Of a stretch of 27,699 bases of DNA, positions 8,786 through 17,441 are shown piece by piece. Origin of the DNA: Candidatus Methylomirabilia bacterium (GTDB taxonomy: Bacteria > Methylomirabilota > Methylomirabilia > Rokubacteriales > CSP1-6). The notes under the pieces are model-generated. The model was not told where the DNA came from. It did no database searches and saw only the letters and a program-made list of their open reading frames with translations. Each line of letters begins with the position of its first letter. The stretch's first letter is position 1. The stretch spans positions 1 to 27,699 of the forward strand of contig JBGPXN010000052.1 of the NCBI GenBank assembly GCA_041492755.1. The letters are read 5' to 3'. The position numbers and the translations under genes are program-made.

Positions 8786-9799
8786 TCAGTCCGGCGGCTG
8801 CAACACGATCTTGCCGATGCCCGATCGCTCGGCGACGATCCGGTGGGCCAGCCCAGCGTCCGCGAGCGGCAGGACACGATCGATGAGGACGCGGTAGCGC
8901 CCTTCCGCCGCCGCCCGCAGGCAGAGGTCGAGGTCTTCGGACGAGATCCGGCCCACCGAGCCGATCACCGTGAGGCCGTTCAAGTACAGGCGCTTGACGT
9001 CGAGCGGCACGGTGCCGCCGCCGTGGGCGCCGGCGGTCACGAGGCGGCCGTTGCGCGCGAGCGCGGCGAATGCTTTCGGGAACAGCTCGGGATCGGCGAT
9101 GTTTTCGAACACCACGTCGACGCCGCGCCCGCCCGTGATCCGCCGCGCCTCTTCGGACAGGTCGTGCGTGCGGTAGTTGACGCCGACGTCGGCGCCGAGA
9201 TCGAGTCCCGCGCGCACGCGCTCGTCCGCGCCCGCCGCGCCGATGACCTTCGCCCCCAGGTACTTGGCCGCCTGGATGCCGGCGCTCCCCAGGCCCCCCG
9301 CCGCGCCCATCACGAGCACCCAGTCGCCCGGCTTCAGCTTCGCGTGGTCGCGCAGCATGCTGAACGCGGTCGGCGCGTGGCGGGACACCACGGTCGCGGT
9401 CACGAAATCCACCCGCTCGGGGATGGGGTGCGTCGACGCGACCGGAACCTTCACGTACTGCGCGTAGCCGCCCCAGGCGTGCACGCCGAGGATCATCGGA
9501 CCCGCCGTGTCGGTGGGCGGGCGAAGGAGCTGCCCCGTGGTGACGCGATCGCCGACCGTCCGAGTGCTCACGCCCTCGCCGAGGGCGGCGACCACGCCGG
9601 ACGGATCGACGCCGAGGACGTGAGGCAACGTCACGGGCGCCGGATACGTCCCCGCGCGGACGGCCAGATCGAGCGTTCGGTTCACCGAGACCGCGTGCAC
9701 CCGGATGAGCACTTCGCCGGGGCCCGGCGCCGGCATCGAGACGTCCTCCAGCCGCATGACCTCGGGCGGCCCAAACTCGCGGATCACCATGGCCTTCAT
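8786..9799 (-). CDS. MDR-family oxidoreductase, quinone oxidoreductase/zeta-crystallin type (no Zn ligands)
   Basis: MKAMVIREFGPPEV, PHVLGVD in place of GHE, GAAGGLG NAD(P) motif, GRGVDVV, GKIVL. Confidence 0.9.
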   Translation of the reverse strand: MKAMVIREFGPPEVMRLEDVSMPAPGPGEVLIRVHAVSVNRTLDLAVRAGTYPAPVTLPHVLGVDPSGVVAALGEGVSTRTVGDRVTTGQLLRPPTDTAGPMILGVHAWGGYAQYVKVPVASTHPIPERVDFVTATVVSRHAPTAFSMLRDHAKLKPGDWVLVMGAAGGLGSAGIQAAKYLGAKVIGAAGADERVRAGLDLGADVGVNYRTHDLSEEARRITGGRGVDVVFENIADPELFPKAFAALARNGRLVTAGAHGGGTVPLDVKRLYLNGLTVIGSVGRISSEDLDLCLRAAAEGRYRVLIDRVLPLADAGLAHRIVAERSGIGKIVLQPPD

Positions 9800-9881
9800 G
9801 GCATCACCGGGAAGTCTACGCCGTGGGGAGGGCGGATTTCCTGCCCAAACGGCGATAGATTGGAGGGTAGCATAGCGTGTC

Positions 9882-11741
9882 ATGTCTCCGTCGCGCCGGG
9901 ACGGCCCGTTTCGTGAGGCGATGACGTCGCTCCTCGTGTTCGACGGGGCGATGGGCTCGCTGCTCTACGAGCGCGGCGTCTTCGTCACCCAGAACTTCGA
10001 CCAGCTCAACGTCACGCGACCGGACGTCGTCAGGAAGATCCACGAGGACTACGTCGCCGCCGGCGCCCAGGTCATCGAGACGAACACGTTCGGCGCGAAC
10101 TGCTTCTGCCTCGATCGCCACGGCCTCGGTGACCAGGTCTGGGCCTACAACGTCGCCGGCGCGCGGCTCGCGCGCCAGGCGGCCGGCGAGGACGTGTGGG
10201 TCGGCGGCTCCATGGGGCCCACCGGTCTCGTTCCCGGGGTCGCGACCCAGGCCGAGCTCGACCTCGCCGTGGCAACCTTCACCGAGCAGGCCGCCGCCCT
10301 CGTGGAGGGTGGAGTCGACCTCCTCGTGATCGAGACCTTCCGGCACCTCGAGGAGATCCGGATCGCGATCGGCGCGGCCCGCCAGGCCGCGCCGGGGACG
10401 CCCATCATCGCGTCGATGGCCTTCGATCCGAGCGAGACCGTCGCCGACGGGTCGACTCCCGAGCACGTCGCCACCACGCTCCGCGACTGGGGCGCGGACG
10501 CGATCGGCGTGAACTGCGGCGACGGTCCGCAGCTCGCCCTCGCCATCGCCGAGCGCATGCGCGTCGCGGGGATTCCGCTCTGCGTGCAGCCGAACGCGGG
10601 GCTGCCCCGCACCGTCGATGGCCGCCTCCTCTACATGGCGACGCCGGAATACTTCGACGTGTTCGCGCGCCGCACCCTCCAGATCGGCGCCACGATGATC
10701 GGCGGCTGCTGCGGCACGACCCCCGAGCACGTCCGCTGGATGGCGAAATCCGGCCGCATGCTCGGCGACAAACGGACGGAGACCGCACGGACGAGCGCCG
10801 TCACGGCCACCGGGGTCGTCACGACGCTCGAGCCCACGCCGCTCGCCGAGCGCAGCGACTTCGCGGCGAAGATCGCGGCGGGGAAGTTCGTGGTGTCGGT
10901 CGAGGTCAATCCCGCGCCCGGCCTGGACCCGTCCCGGGCCCTCGAAGGGGCCAAGATGCTGCTGGCCAGCGGCGTCGACATCGTGAACGTCGCGGACGCG
11001 CCGCGCGCGATGGCTCGCATGTCGAACCTCGCGTTCTGCTCACTGCTGCTGGAACGGTACGGGATCCAGCCGATCCTCCACGTGTGCGGCCGCGACCGGA
11101 ACCTGCTCGGCCAGATGGCGCACTTCCTCGGCGCGCACGCCATCGGCATCCGCAACCTCGTCATCATCACCGGCGATCCCCCGAAGGTGGGCGACTACCC
11201 GGAAGCCACGGCCGTGTACGACCTCGACGCCATCGGTCTGCTCCAGATGGCGTCGAACATGAACCGCGGCGTCGATCCCGCCGGCAAGCCGTTGCCGGGC
11301 GGCAAGACCTCGTTCCTCCTGGCGACGGGCCTCGAGCCCGGCGCGGCGGACCTCGACAAGGAGATCCGCCGCCTGGAAAGGAAGAAGGCCGCCGGCGCCG
11401 AGCTCGTGATGACCCAACCCATCTTCCAGACGGACGTGCTCGAGGAGGTCCTCCGGCGCATCGAGCATTTGGCGCTTCCCGTCCTGGTGGGCGTGCTCCC
11501 GCTCGTGAGCTATAAGAACGCCGAGTTCCTCCACAACGAGGTCCCCGGCATGCAGATCCCCGCCGAGATCCGGGAGCGGATGCGCAAGACCCCCGGGGGC
11601 GAGGCGGCGCGCCGGGAGGGCGTGACCATCGCCCGCGACATGTTGTTCGCGGTGCGAGACCGTGTCCAGGGCGCCTACCTCATGCCACCGCTCGGCCGGT
11701 ACGAGCTCGCCCTCGAGGTGCTGGACGGCCTCAAGCGGTAG
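9882..11741 (+). CDS. yitJ: Bifunctional homocysteine S-methyltransferase / 5,10-methylenetetrahydrofolate reductase
   Basis: DGAMGS, ETNTFGAN, GVNCGDGP and GGCCGTTPEH (Zn-binding Cys), then an MTHFR domain with CGRDRNL, ITGDPPKVGDYP, TQP, AEFLHNEVPG. Confidence 0.93.
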   Translation: MSPSRRDGPFREAMTSLLVFDGAMGSLLYERGVFVTQNFDQLNVTRPDVVRKIHEDYVAAGAQVIETNTFGANCFCLDRHGLGDQVWAYNVAGARLARQAAGEDVWVGGSMGPTGLVPGVATQAELDLAVATFTEQAAALVEGGVDLLVIETFRHLEEIRIAIGAARQAAPGTPIIASMAFDPSETVADGSTPEHVATTLRDWGADAIGVNCGDGPQLALAIAERMRVAGIPLCVQPNAGLPRTVDGRLLYMATPEYFDVFARRTLQIGATMIGGCCGTTPEHVRWMAKSGRMLGDKRTETARTSAVTATGVVTTLEPTPLAERSDFAAKIAAGKFVVSVEVNPAPGLDPSRALEGAKMLLASGVDIVNVADAPRAMARMSNLAFCSLLLERYGIQPILHVCGRDRNLLGQMAHFLGAHAIGIRNLVIITGDPPKVGDYPEATAVYDLDAIGLLQMASNMNRGVDPAGKPLPGGKTSFLLATGLEPGAADLDKEIRRLERKKAAGAELVMTQPIFQTDVLEEVLRRIEHLALPVLVGVLPLVSYKNAEFLHNEVPGMQIPAEIRERMRKTPGGEAARREGVTIARDMLFAVRDRVQGAYLMPPLGRYELALEVLDGLKR

Positions 11742-11789
11742 ACCGTCGCGGCGCCGTGGATCCGCGCGATCACCGCGTCGTCGCTTCGT

Positions 11790-12410
11790 CTAGCTCGAGC
11801 TCCACGCGAACGGGGCGAAGTGGCCGTTGTTCTGCCCCGAGGTCTCGTCCCAGTCGATGCCGAAGGCATGCAGGTGGCTGCGCGAAGCCTTGGCGAGCGC
11901 GAGTCGGGTCGCGGCCGGGTGGCCGACGTTGTCGAGATACATCGGCTCGTCCTGCTTGGCGCCGGGGAGGCCTTCGATCGCGAGGTCGAGCACGCCCGGG
12001 ATCGAGACGGAGCGGCGCATCGCGTTCTTCTCGATCGTGATCGGCTTGACCTCGGCCCCGCCGAACCTGCCGACGAGCGGACCGAGCGTCGCCATCGGCC
12101 CGCCGCCCTGACCGCTGGCGATCGCCGTGAGCGCCTCGCGCTGTGGCGCGGACGCCCGCTCGTCCACGATCACGCCCACCGTCCAGTTGCCCTGGATCAT
12201 CGGCCCCGGCGTATGCAGCAGAACGGCGAAGCTCAGGCCGTCGAGCTTGGTGTCCGCGTACTGGCCGCGGTCGATACGGAAGACCAGTCCCGCGTCACAG
12301 TGGCCCTTGGTGGGCCGCGCCGCGAGCCCCGAGGTCGGGCACGGGCACACGGAGTCGCAGCTGCACGCCTCGAAGTACTCGCCGTTGACCTGCCACTGAG
12401 CGTTGGCCAT
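11790..12410 (-). CDS. DUF1326 domain protein
   Basis: WQVNGEYFEACSCDSVCPC...PTKGHC, IDRGQY, PGPMIQGNW, GGGP, GQNNGHFAPFAW. SD GGAGG upstream of the ATG at 12410. Confidence 0.9.
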   Translation of the reverse strand: MANAQWQVNGEYFEACSCDSVCPCPTSGLAARPTKGHCDAGLVFRIDRGQYADTKLDGLSFAVLLHTPGPMIQGNWTVGVIVDERASAPQREALTAIASGQGGGPMATLGPLVGRFGGAEVKPITIEKNAMRRSVSIPGVLDLAIEGLPGAKQDEPMYLDNVGHPAATRLALAKASRSHLHAFGIDWDETSGQNNGHFAPFAWSSS

Positions 12411-12512
12411 GACGTCCTCCGTTCCACCTGGAGCGCCGTACACTTGTTCCGGGCGTCGCTACACTTCTATCCCAAAACACCGGTCACATCTACTTCTACT
12501 TCGAGACGGCCG

Positions 12513-13313
12513 TCACATCGGCGGGCCGCCGCCGCGCAACGCCGTTGCGAGGTCCGGCCGGACCGCGAGGGCCGCGCCCAGCAGCACCAGCGCAACACCC
12601 GTCACGCGCGCAATCCATTCTCCCCTCGGCAGCAACTTCTCGGCCGCGACGACGGCCGAGATCAGCAGGACCCAGACGAGCCCCATGGCGCCGGCGACGA
12701 CCAGGACGATCATGAGCGCCCAGCAGCAGCCCAGGCAATAGGCCGCGTGGGCCCAGCCGATCGTCAGGCCGCCACGCCAACCCGCGCGCCAGTGCCCCAG
12801 GTAGAAGCCGAGCGGGCTGCGGCACCGTCGCAGACAGACCTGCTTGAGCGGCGACAGCTGGAAGACGCCGGCGACGACCAGGACCCCGGCGATGACGTAG
12901 CCCCGGACGTCGGAGGTGACGCCGCTGAGCGCCACGCTCGCGAAGTAGATCGGCACGCCGGTGACCGTCCACAGCCCGAGATAAATCAGAGTGAACAACG
13001 CGACCGGCACGGCGTGGGGGACGACGCCAGGGGCGTCCCGCTGGGTCGCGGCGTAGAGGCCGATCATCGGCAGCGCGCTCGGGAGCATCATGGCCGCCAT
13101 CATGACGGCCCACGCGGCCACGAACGCGAGGCCGTCGAACCAGGCCGGGCTCATCACCATGTCCATGCCGGCCATGTCATCCATCGCCATCGCCGACCAC
13201 ACGACGTGAACCCACGCCGCCATGGTGATCGCGAGGAACACGGCGTACGTCAGGAGAACCGCACGGTCCAGGCGTGTCTCACCATCCGGACCCGAAGCTG
13301 ACTCGCGACGAAT
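12513..13313 (-). CDS. DUF2182 domain protein (predicted metal-binding integral membrane protein); start uncertain (ATT 13313, CTG 13271 or GTG 13241)
   Basis: AWAVMMAAMMLPSALP, YLGLW, AGVFQLSPLKQVCLRRCRSP, YCLGCCWALM, AAEKL. The frame stays open and protein-like upstream of GTG 13241. Confidence 0.88.
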   Translation of the reverse strand: MRRESASGPDGETRLDRAVLLTYAVFLAITMAAWVHVVWSAMAMDDMAGMDMVMSPAWFDGLAFVAAWAVMMAAMMLPSALPMIGLYAATQRDAPGVVPHAVPVALFTLIYLGLWTVTGVPIYFASVALSGVTSDVRGYVIAGVLVVAGVFQLSPLKQVCLRRCRSPLGFYLGHWRAGWRGGLTIGWAHAAYCLGCCWALMIVLVVAGAMGLVWVLLISAVVAAEKLLPRGEWIARVTGVALVLLGAALAVRPDLATALRGGGPPM

Positions 13314-13609
13314 ACCACCCTCCTCTGTCGGCTCCGCTCACCGGTCAACGAGAGGCCCGGCGTCGGGAGCCGTTGCCGAACTCCTCTCGTGCAGGAACGA
13401 ACCAGCCGGGCGATTCAGGCGGGCGTCTGGTCCGCGAGCTCGACCTCGGTCGGCGGACATCCCGGCGCACCAGCTTGCGGTTGAACCGGTTCCGCTCGAT
13501 GATGTCGACCGGCAGGAGCGCTTGTAACAGTGCGCTATGGGGCCGTCAATGGGGAAATTCCCGACGGGGAACGCGCAGCCACCGCCGTTCGCCGGCGACC
13601 GATGCGCCG

Positions 13610-13800
13610 CGCGTCCAGGCCTTCGCATGGTGGCGCGCCGCGGCGCGCGAATTCGGTCGTCTTCTTCACCCGCTGCCCGGCGGCCCCTCGACGAGCTGAA
13701 GGCCTTCGCCGACCGGGGCCTGGTGGAGTACGATCTGCGGGGCTGGACCGGGCCCGACCTGATCAACCCCGGCCGCACCTCGGTGCTCGCACCGAAGTGA
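13610..13800 (+). pseudogene. Frameshifted C-terminal remnant of a 4-hydroxyphenylacetate 3-monooxygenase (HpaB-like) oxygenase
   Basis: RVQAFAWWRAAAREFGR in one frame, then LDELKAFADRGLVEYDLRGWTGPDLINP* in another. These resemble the HpaB C-terminal segments W-x-A-x-x-x-EFG and EYDxxGWTxPxL as I recall them. Confidence 0.6.
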
Positions 13801-13822
13801 CCCCGAAGAGGAGACGAGACCG

Positions 13823-14881
13823 ATGGGAGAGATCCTTGGCCTCGGCATCACGCACTATCCCGGCCTGTCGTACAAGGGCAACCTGAACCGGCGCATCAAG
13901 CTGCTGCTCGCCGACCCGCTGCTCCCCGAGCGGCTTCGCTCGCCGGAGGGCTGGCACCCCACGATGCGCGAGCAGTGGGGCACCGACGAGGGCTGGCAGC
14001 ACTCCGAGCGGCATCGGGCCGACATGATTCACTACTTCCGCAAGGCCCGCGCCGAGCTCGACGCGTTCCAACCCGACTTCGTGCTCCTCTGGGGCGACGA
14101 TCAGTACGAGAACTACCGGGAGGACTGCGTGCCGCCCTTCTCGGTGCTGGCTTACGAGTCGGTCGACGTGCAACCCTGGAAGGGGAACCAGCGCGGCCAG
14201 AACTGGTGGGACGAGCCCGAGGACACGACGTTCACGATCGCGGGTCACCGCGCCGGCGGCAAGTACCTGGCGTCCGCGCTCCTGGGCGAAGGGATCGACG
14301 TCGCCTACGCCTACAAGCCGCTGCACCGTCCGCTCGGTCACGCGTTCATGAACTCGATCCTCTACCTCGACCTCGACCGAAAAAAATTCCCCTACCCGAT
14401 CGTGCCCTTCACGGTGAACGCCTACGGACGCTGGCTCGTCTCGGCACACGGAGCGCCGATGACGCCCTCGCAAGCCGCGACCCTTCCCGGTGACGCCGAC
14501 CTGGACCCACCGGGCCCGCAGCCGTGGCGCTGTTTCCAGGTGGGAGCAGCGGTTGCGCGCGCGCTGACCCGTAGCCCCTGGCGCGTGGCCGTGATCGCGT
14601 CGTCGAGCTGGAGCCATTCGTTCCTGGTCGCGAAGAACTCGTTGATGTTCCCCGACGTGGAATCGGACAAGCGTTACTACGAGGCGCTGCGCGAGGGCGA
14701 CTGGGCGACGTGGCGCACCACGACGATCGAGGAGGCGGAGGATCGCGGCCACCACGAGCTGCTGAACTGGTTCTGTCTGGCCGGCGCGATGTCGGAGCTC
14801 GGACGCAAGCCCGACGAGTCCGTATTCCTGGAGTCGTGGATCTCGAACTCCGACAAGGTCTTCGCGGTCTTCCGGCCGTAG
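13823..14881 (+). CDS. Extradiol ring-cleavage dioxygenase, class III (LigB-like)
   Basis: MGEILGLGITHYP, WGDDQYENY, GHAF, IASSSWSHSFL, GHHELLNW. SD GAGGAG upstream. Confidence 0.88.
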   Translation: MGEILGLGITHYPGLSYKGNLNRRIKLLLADPLLPERLRSPEGWHPTMREQWGTDEGWQHSERHRADMIHYFRKARAELDAFQPDFVLLWGDDQYENYREDCVPPFSVLAYESVDVQPWKGNQRGQNWWDEPEDTTFTIAGHRAGGKYLASALLGEGIDVAYAYKPLHRPLGHAFMNSILYLDLDRKKFPYPIVPFTVNAYGRWLVSAHGAPMTPSQAATLPGDADLDPPGPQPWRCFQVGAAVARALTRSPWRVAVIASSSWSHSFLVAKNSLMFPDVESDKRYYEALREGDWATWRTTTIEEAEDRGHHELLNWFCLAGAMSELGRKPDESVFLESWISNSDKVFAVFRP

Positions 14882-15175
14882 CGGGCGACGACCGGCCCGC
14901 TCTCGACACGGATGAGGGCGGCGCGGGTCGAGCCCATCACCGTCCCTCGCGGGTGCTGCCCGCGCGCACGGTGTAAATCCCGGGCACCGTCGCGACGACG
15001 ACGACCTGCTGGCGACGGCCGGTGCTGCCGTGCCGGGCATCGACGACGATGCTCAGCCGGTTCGTGGCAACAGCCCGCAGCGAGTGGGAAAAGGTGAAGG
15101 GCCTGCTGCGGCTCGACTGCCGGCGAAAGAACTCCAGCGTTGTGCGGGCCCGACGTCTGCTGCTAACCTGCTGGA

Positions 15176-15703
15176 GTGGCGGATCCGCAGGTCGGTCCGA
15201 GCGACACGCCGGCGCTGCCACCCCGCTTCTCGCGTGTGCGGGCGATCCGACAGCACGTCAGTCTGTTGCGTCTTCAGGCCATCGTCGGTCTGCTCGCCGG
15301 CATCATCTCGATCGGCGGTGCCGCCTACACGTTCCTCGTCCCGTCCCGTCCCCCGACGGGCACGATGGTCGCGATCGTCCAGGAAGCCCGCTCCGAAAAG
15401 CCGATCACCGATGCCACGATCGAGGTCCTCACCCTCGACAACACGGTGGTGACGACGCTCACCTCCGACGCGCCCGGCCGCGTGCACTATGCCCTCAAGG
15501 AAGGCGCGTACCGCCTGCGGATCACGCACCCGCGGTTCGGCCCGGAGGTTCGTCAGGTCATGGTGCTGGCCGGGCAGACTTCCGAGGTGCGTGTAAGACT
15601 CGCCCCTCGCACGGCCGCGAGCCCGGGCCGATCCGCCCCGGTGGGAGCAGCGGAGCGCGCCGTCAACGAAGGCGCCGACGCGATCCGTCGCCTCTTCCGT
15701 TGA
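15176..15703 (+). CDS. Membrane-anchored carboxypeptidase-regulatory-like (beta-sandwich) domain protein
   Basis: TM segment AIVGLLAGIISIGGAAYTFLV, then KPITDATIEV...TSDAPG...LKEGAYRLRITHPRF...V.AGQTSEVRVRL. Confidence 0.78.
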   Translation: MADPQVGPSDTPALPPRFSRVRAIRQHVSLLRLQAIVGLLAGIISIGGAAYTFLVPSRPPTGTMVAIVQEARSEKPITDATIEVLTLDNTVVTTLTSDAPGRVHYALKEGAYRLRITHPRFGPEVRQVMVLAGQTSEVRVRLAPRTAASPGRSAPVGAAERAVNEGADAIRRLFR

Positions 15704-15707
15704 CAGC

Positions 15708-17276
15708 CTACTCCTTGATCTTCATGTCCTCGTACGAGGGGAACGGGCTCATCCAGACCTGGGTGATCGTGTGCTCGGTCACCTTCGGGCCCACGCCCAT
15801 CAGCGCGCGGAGGTCCATCACCGGCGCGTACATCACCCGGTCGATCGTGAGCTGCTGGATCTTGTGGAGTATCGCCTCGCGCTTCTTGGGGTCCCGCTCG
15901 ACCGCCTGCTGCTGGAAGAGATCGTCGATGTCGGGATAGCCGCCGTAGGCGTAGCCGCCCTTCGACTGGATGAACTCCTGCACGCGGCTCGCCGCGTTGC
16001 CCGAGTTGCCGGCCGCGGTCATGAACACCCCACGAATCTTCTTCTCCCGCCACGCGGCGTAGAACGACGCGCGCTCCATCGTGCGCATCTTCATGCGGAT
16101 CCCGGCAGCGTTCAGGTAGTTCAGCACCGACTCGGCCACCGTCGGGAAGCCCGGAATCGGCGTGAACTCGCCGGCGTCGAGCCCGTTCGGGTACCCTGCA
16201 TCGGCGAGGAGTTGCTTGGCCTTCTGCTGATCGTACGGCAGGGGCTCGACCTGCAGGGCAAAGTCCATGACGCGCGGCACGATCACGCCCGCCGGCGGGC
16301 AGAAGCCGACACACCCGGCGTCGTTGATCGCCTTGCGGTTCAGCGCGTAGTTCACGGCCAGGCGCAGTCGCTTGTCGTGCCAGACCGATTTCGGGTCCCA
16401 CTGCTCGGCGAACTCGATCCAGAAGATCGACGCGTGCTTGGAAGGCACCACCTGCATGCGCGGATCCTTCTGGAGGCTCTCCGCGTCGGGACCATCGAGC
16501 GCGACCGCGATGTCGGCCTCGCCGCTCTTGAGCATGACCGCGCGCGTCGTGGCCTCCGGCACGCTCCGCATGACGAGCTGCTTGACGTACGGCACGTGGC
16601 GCCAGTAGCCCGGGTTGGCTTCGAGGACGACCTCGATGCCCGGCCGGTGGCTGACGAACTTGTAGGGCCCGGCACCGATCGGCGCCTTCTGGAACCCGTC
16701 GTCGCCGACCTGCGTGAGATACTTCTTCGGAACCACGATCCCGGCCGCGGTGGCCGTGGTGCCGTAGAAGGTCATGAAGTCCGGCCACGCGTCCTTCAGG
16801 TGGAAGCGCACCGTGAGCGGATCGACGGCCTCGACCTGCCGGACGCGCGCCTGGAGCTCCTTCGCGCCCGCCCCCTTGTAGCGCTCGAAGCTGAACTTCA
16901 CGTCCTCGGAGGTGACGGGGTCACCGTTGTGGAACTTGAGCCCGCGGCGCAGCTTGAACTCGTACGTCTTGCCGTCCGGGCTCTCCTTCCATGACTCCGC
17001 CAGGCTCGGGCCCATCTTCTGTCCGGGATACGGACGCACGAGCGCATCGTGGATCGCGTACAGGAGCCCGAACGGCGTGATCTGCGGCGGGGCGGTCGAG
17101 GGATCGAACCAGCTCGGCGCGATGGTGACGTGCCACGCCATCACCACCTGGCCGGCCGGGGCTGGTTGCGCGGCCACCGGTGGCGCCGCGGCAAAGACCA
17201 GCGCAACGAGCACCAGAGTCAACGAGCGCATGAGGCCGTTACGGGTGGAGATTCGCATTCGCCAAGATGGACCCAT
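15708..17276 (-). CDS. ABC transporter solute-binding protein, family 5 (DppA/OppA-like)
   Basis: Signal peptide ending VAAQ; SLAESW, YEFKLRRGLKFHNGDPVTSEDVKFSF, PIGAGPYKF, DKRLRLAVNYA. SD GGAGG 5 nt before ATG 17276; alternative start 17231. Confidence 0.93.
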   Translation of the reverse strand: MGPSWRMRISTRNGLMRSLTLVLVALVFAAAPPVAAQPAPAGQVVMAWHVTIAPSWFDPSTAPPQITPFGLLYAIHDALVRPYPGQKMGPSLAESWKESPDGKTYEFKLRRGLKFHNGDPVTSEDVKFSFERYKGAGAKELQARVRQVEAVDPLTVRFHLKDAWPDFMTFYGTTATAAGIVVPKKYLTQVGDDGFQKAPIGAGPYKFVSHRPGIEVVLEANPGYWRHVPYVKQLVMRSVPEATTRAVMLKSGEADIAVALDGPDAESLQKDPRMQVVPSKHASIFWIEFAEQWDPKSVWHDKRLRLAVNYALNRKAINDAGCVGFCPPAGVIVPRVMDFALQVEPLPYDQQKAKQLLADAGYPNGLDAGEFTPIPGFPTVAESVLNYLNAAGIRMKMRTMERASFYAAWREKKIRGVFMTAAGNSGNAASRVQEFIQSKGGYAYGGYPDIDDLFQQQAVERDPKKREAILHKIQQLTIDRVMYAPVMDLRALMGVGPKVTEHTITQVWMSPFPSYEDMKIKE

Positions 17277-17441
17277 GGGTTCCTCCGCTCCCAACCCTCA
17301 AGCGCCCGGCGGGGCACCTGTGGTTCACCACGTTATTGCTGCTCTACACGCGAATCGGCCGCGCAGCAAGCGGAAACGACCCAGATACGGGGAACCCACG
17401 GACACGCCTCGGCAGTGTCCTCCCTGGCCAGCCGCCCCGCG

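Noticed and set aside
5521..8897. ORF 6246..8897 (+) and the upstream part of 5263..7188 (-)
   Set aside because: Shadow or alternative frames of the hydroxylase and FMN-binding genes; only 5263-5520 looks real.
13330..13530. Coding-like minus-strand fragment (LLPVDIIERNRFNRKLVRRDV...)
   Set aside because: Possibly a decayed gene, but I cannot assign a family; needs BLASTX.
14882..15160. Beta-rich minus-strand fragment (LSIVVD...QVVVVATVPGIYTVRAG)
   Set aside because: No credible start or family match; a pseudogene cannot be supported without a search.
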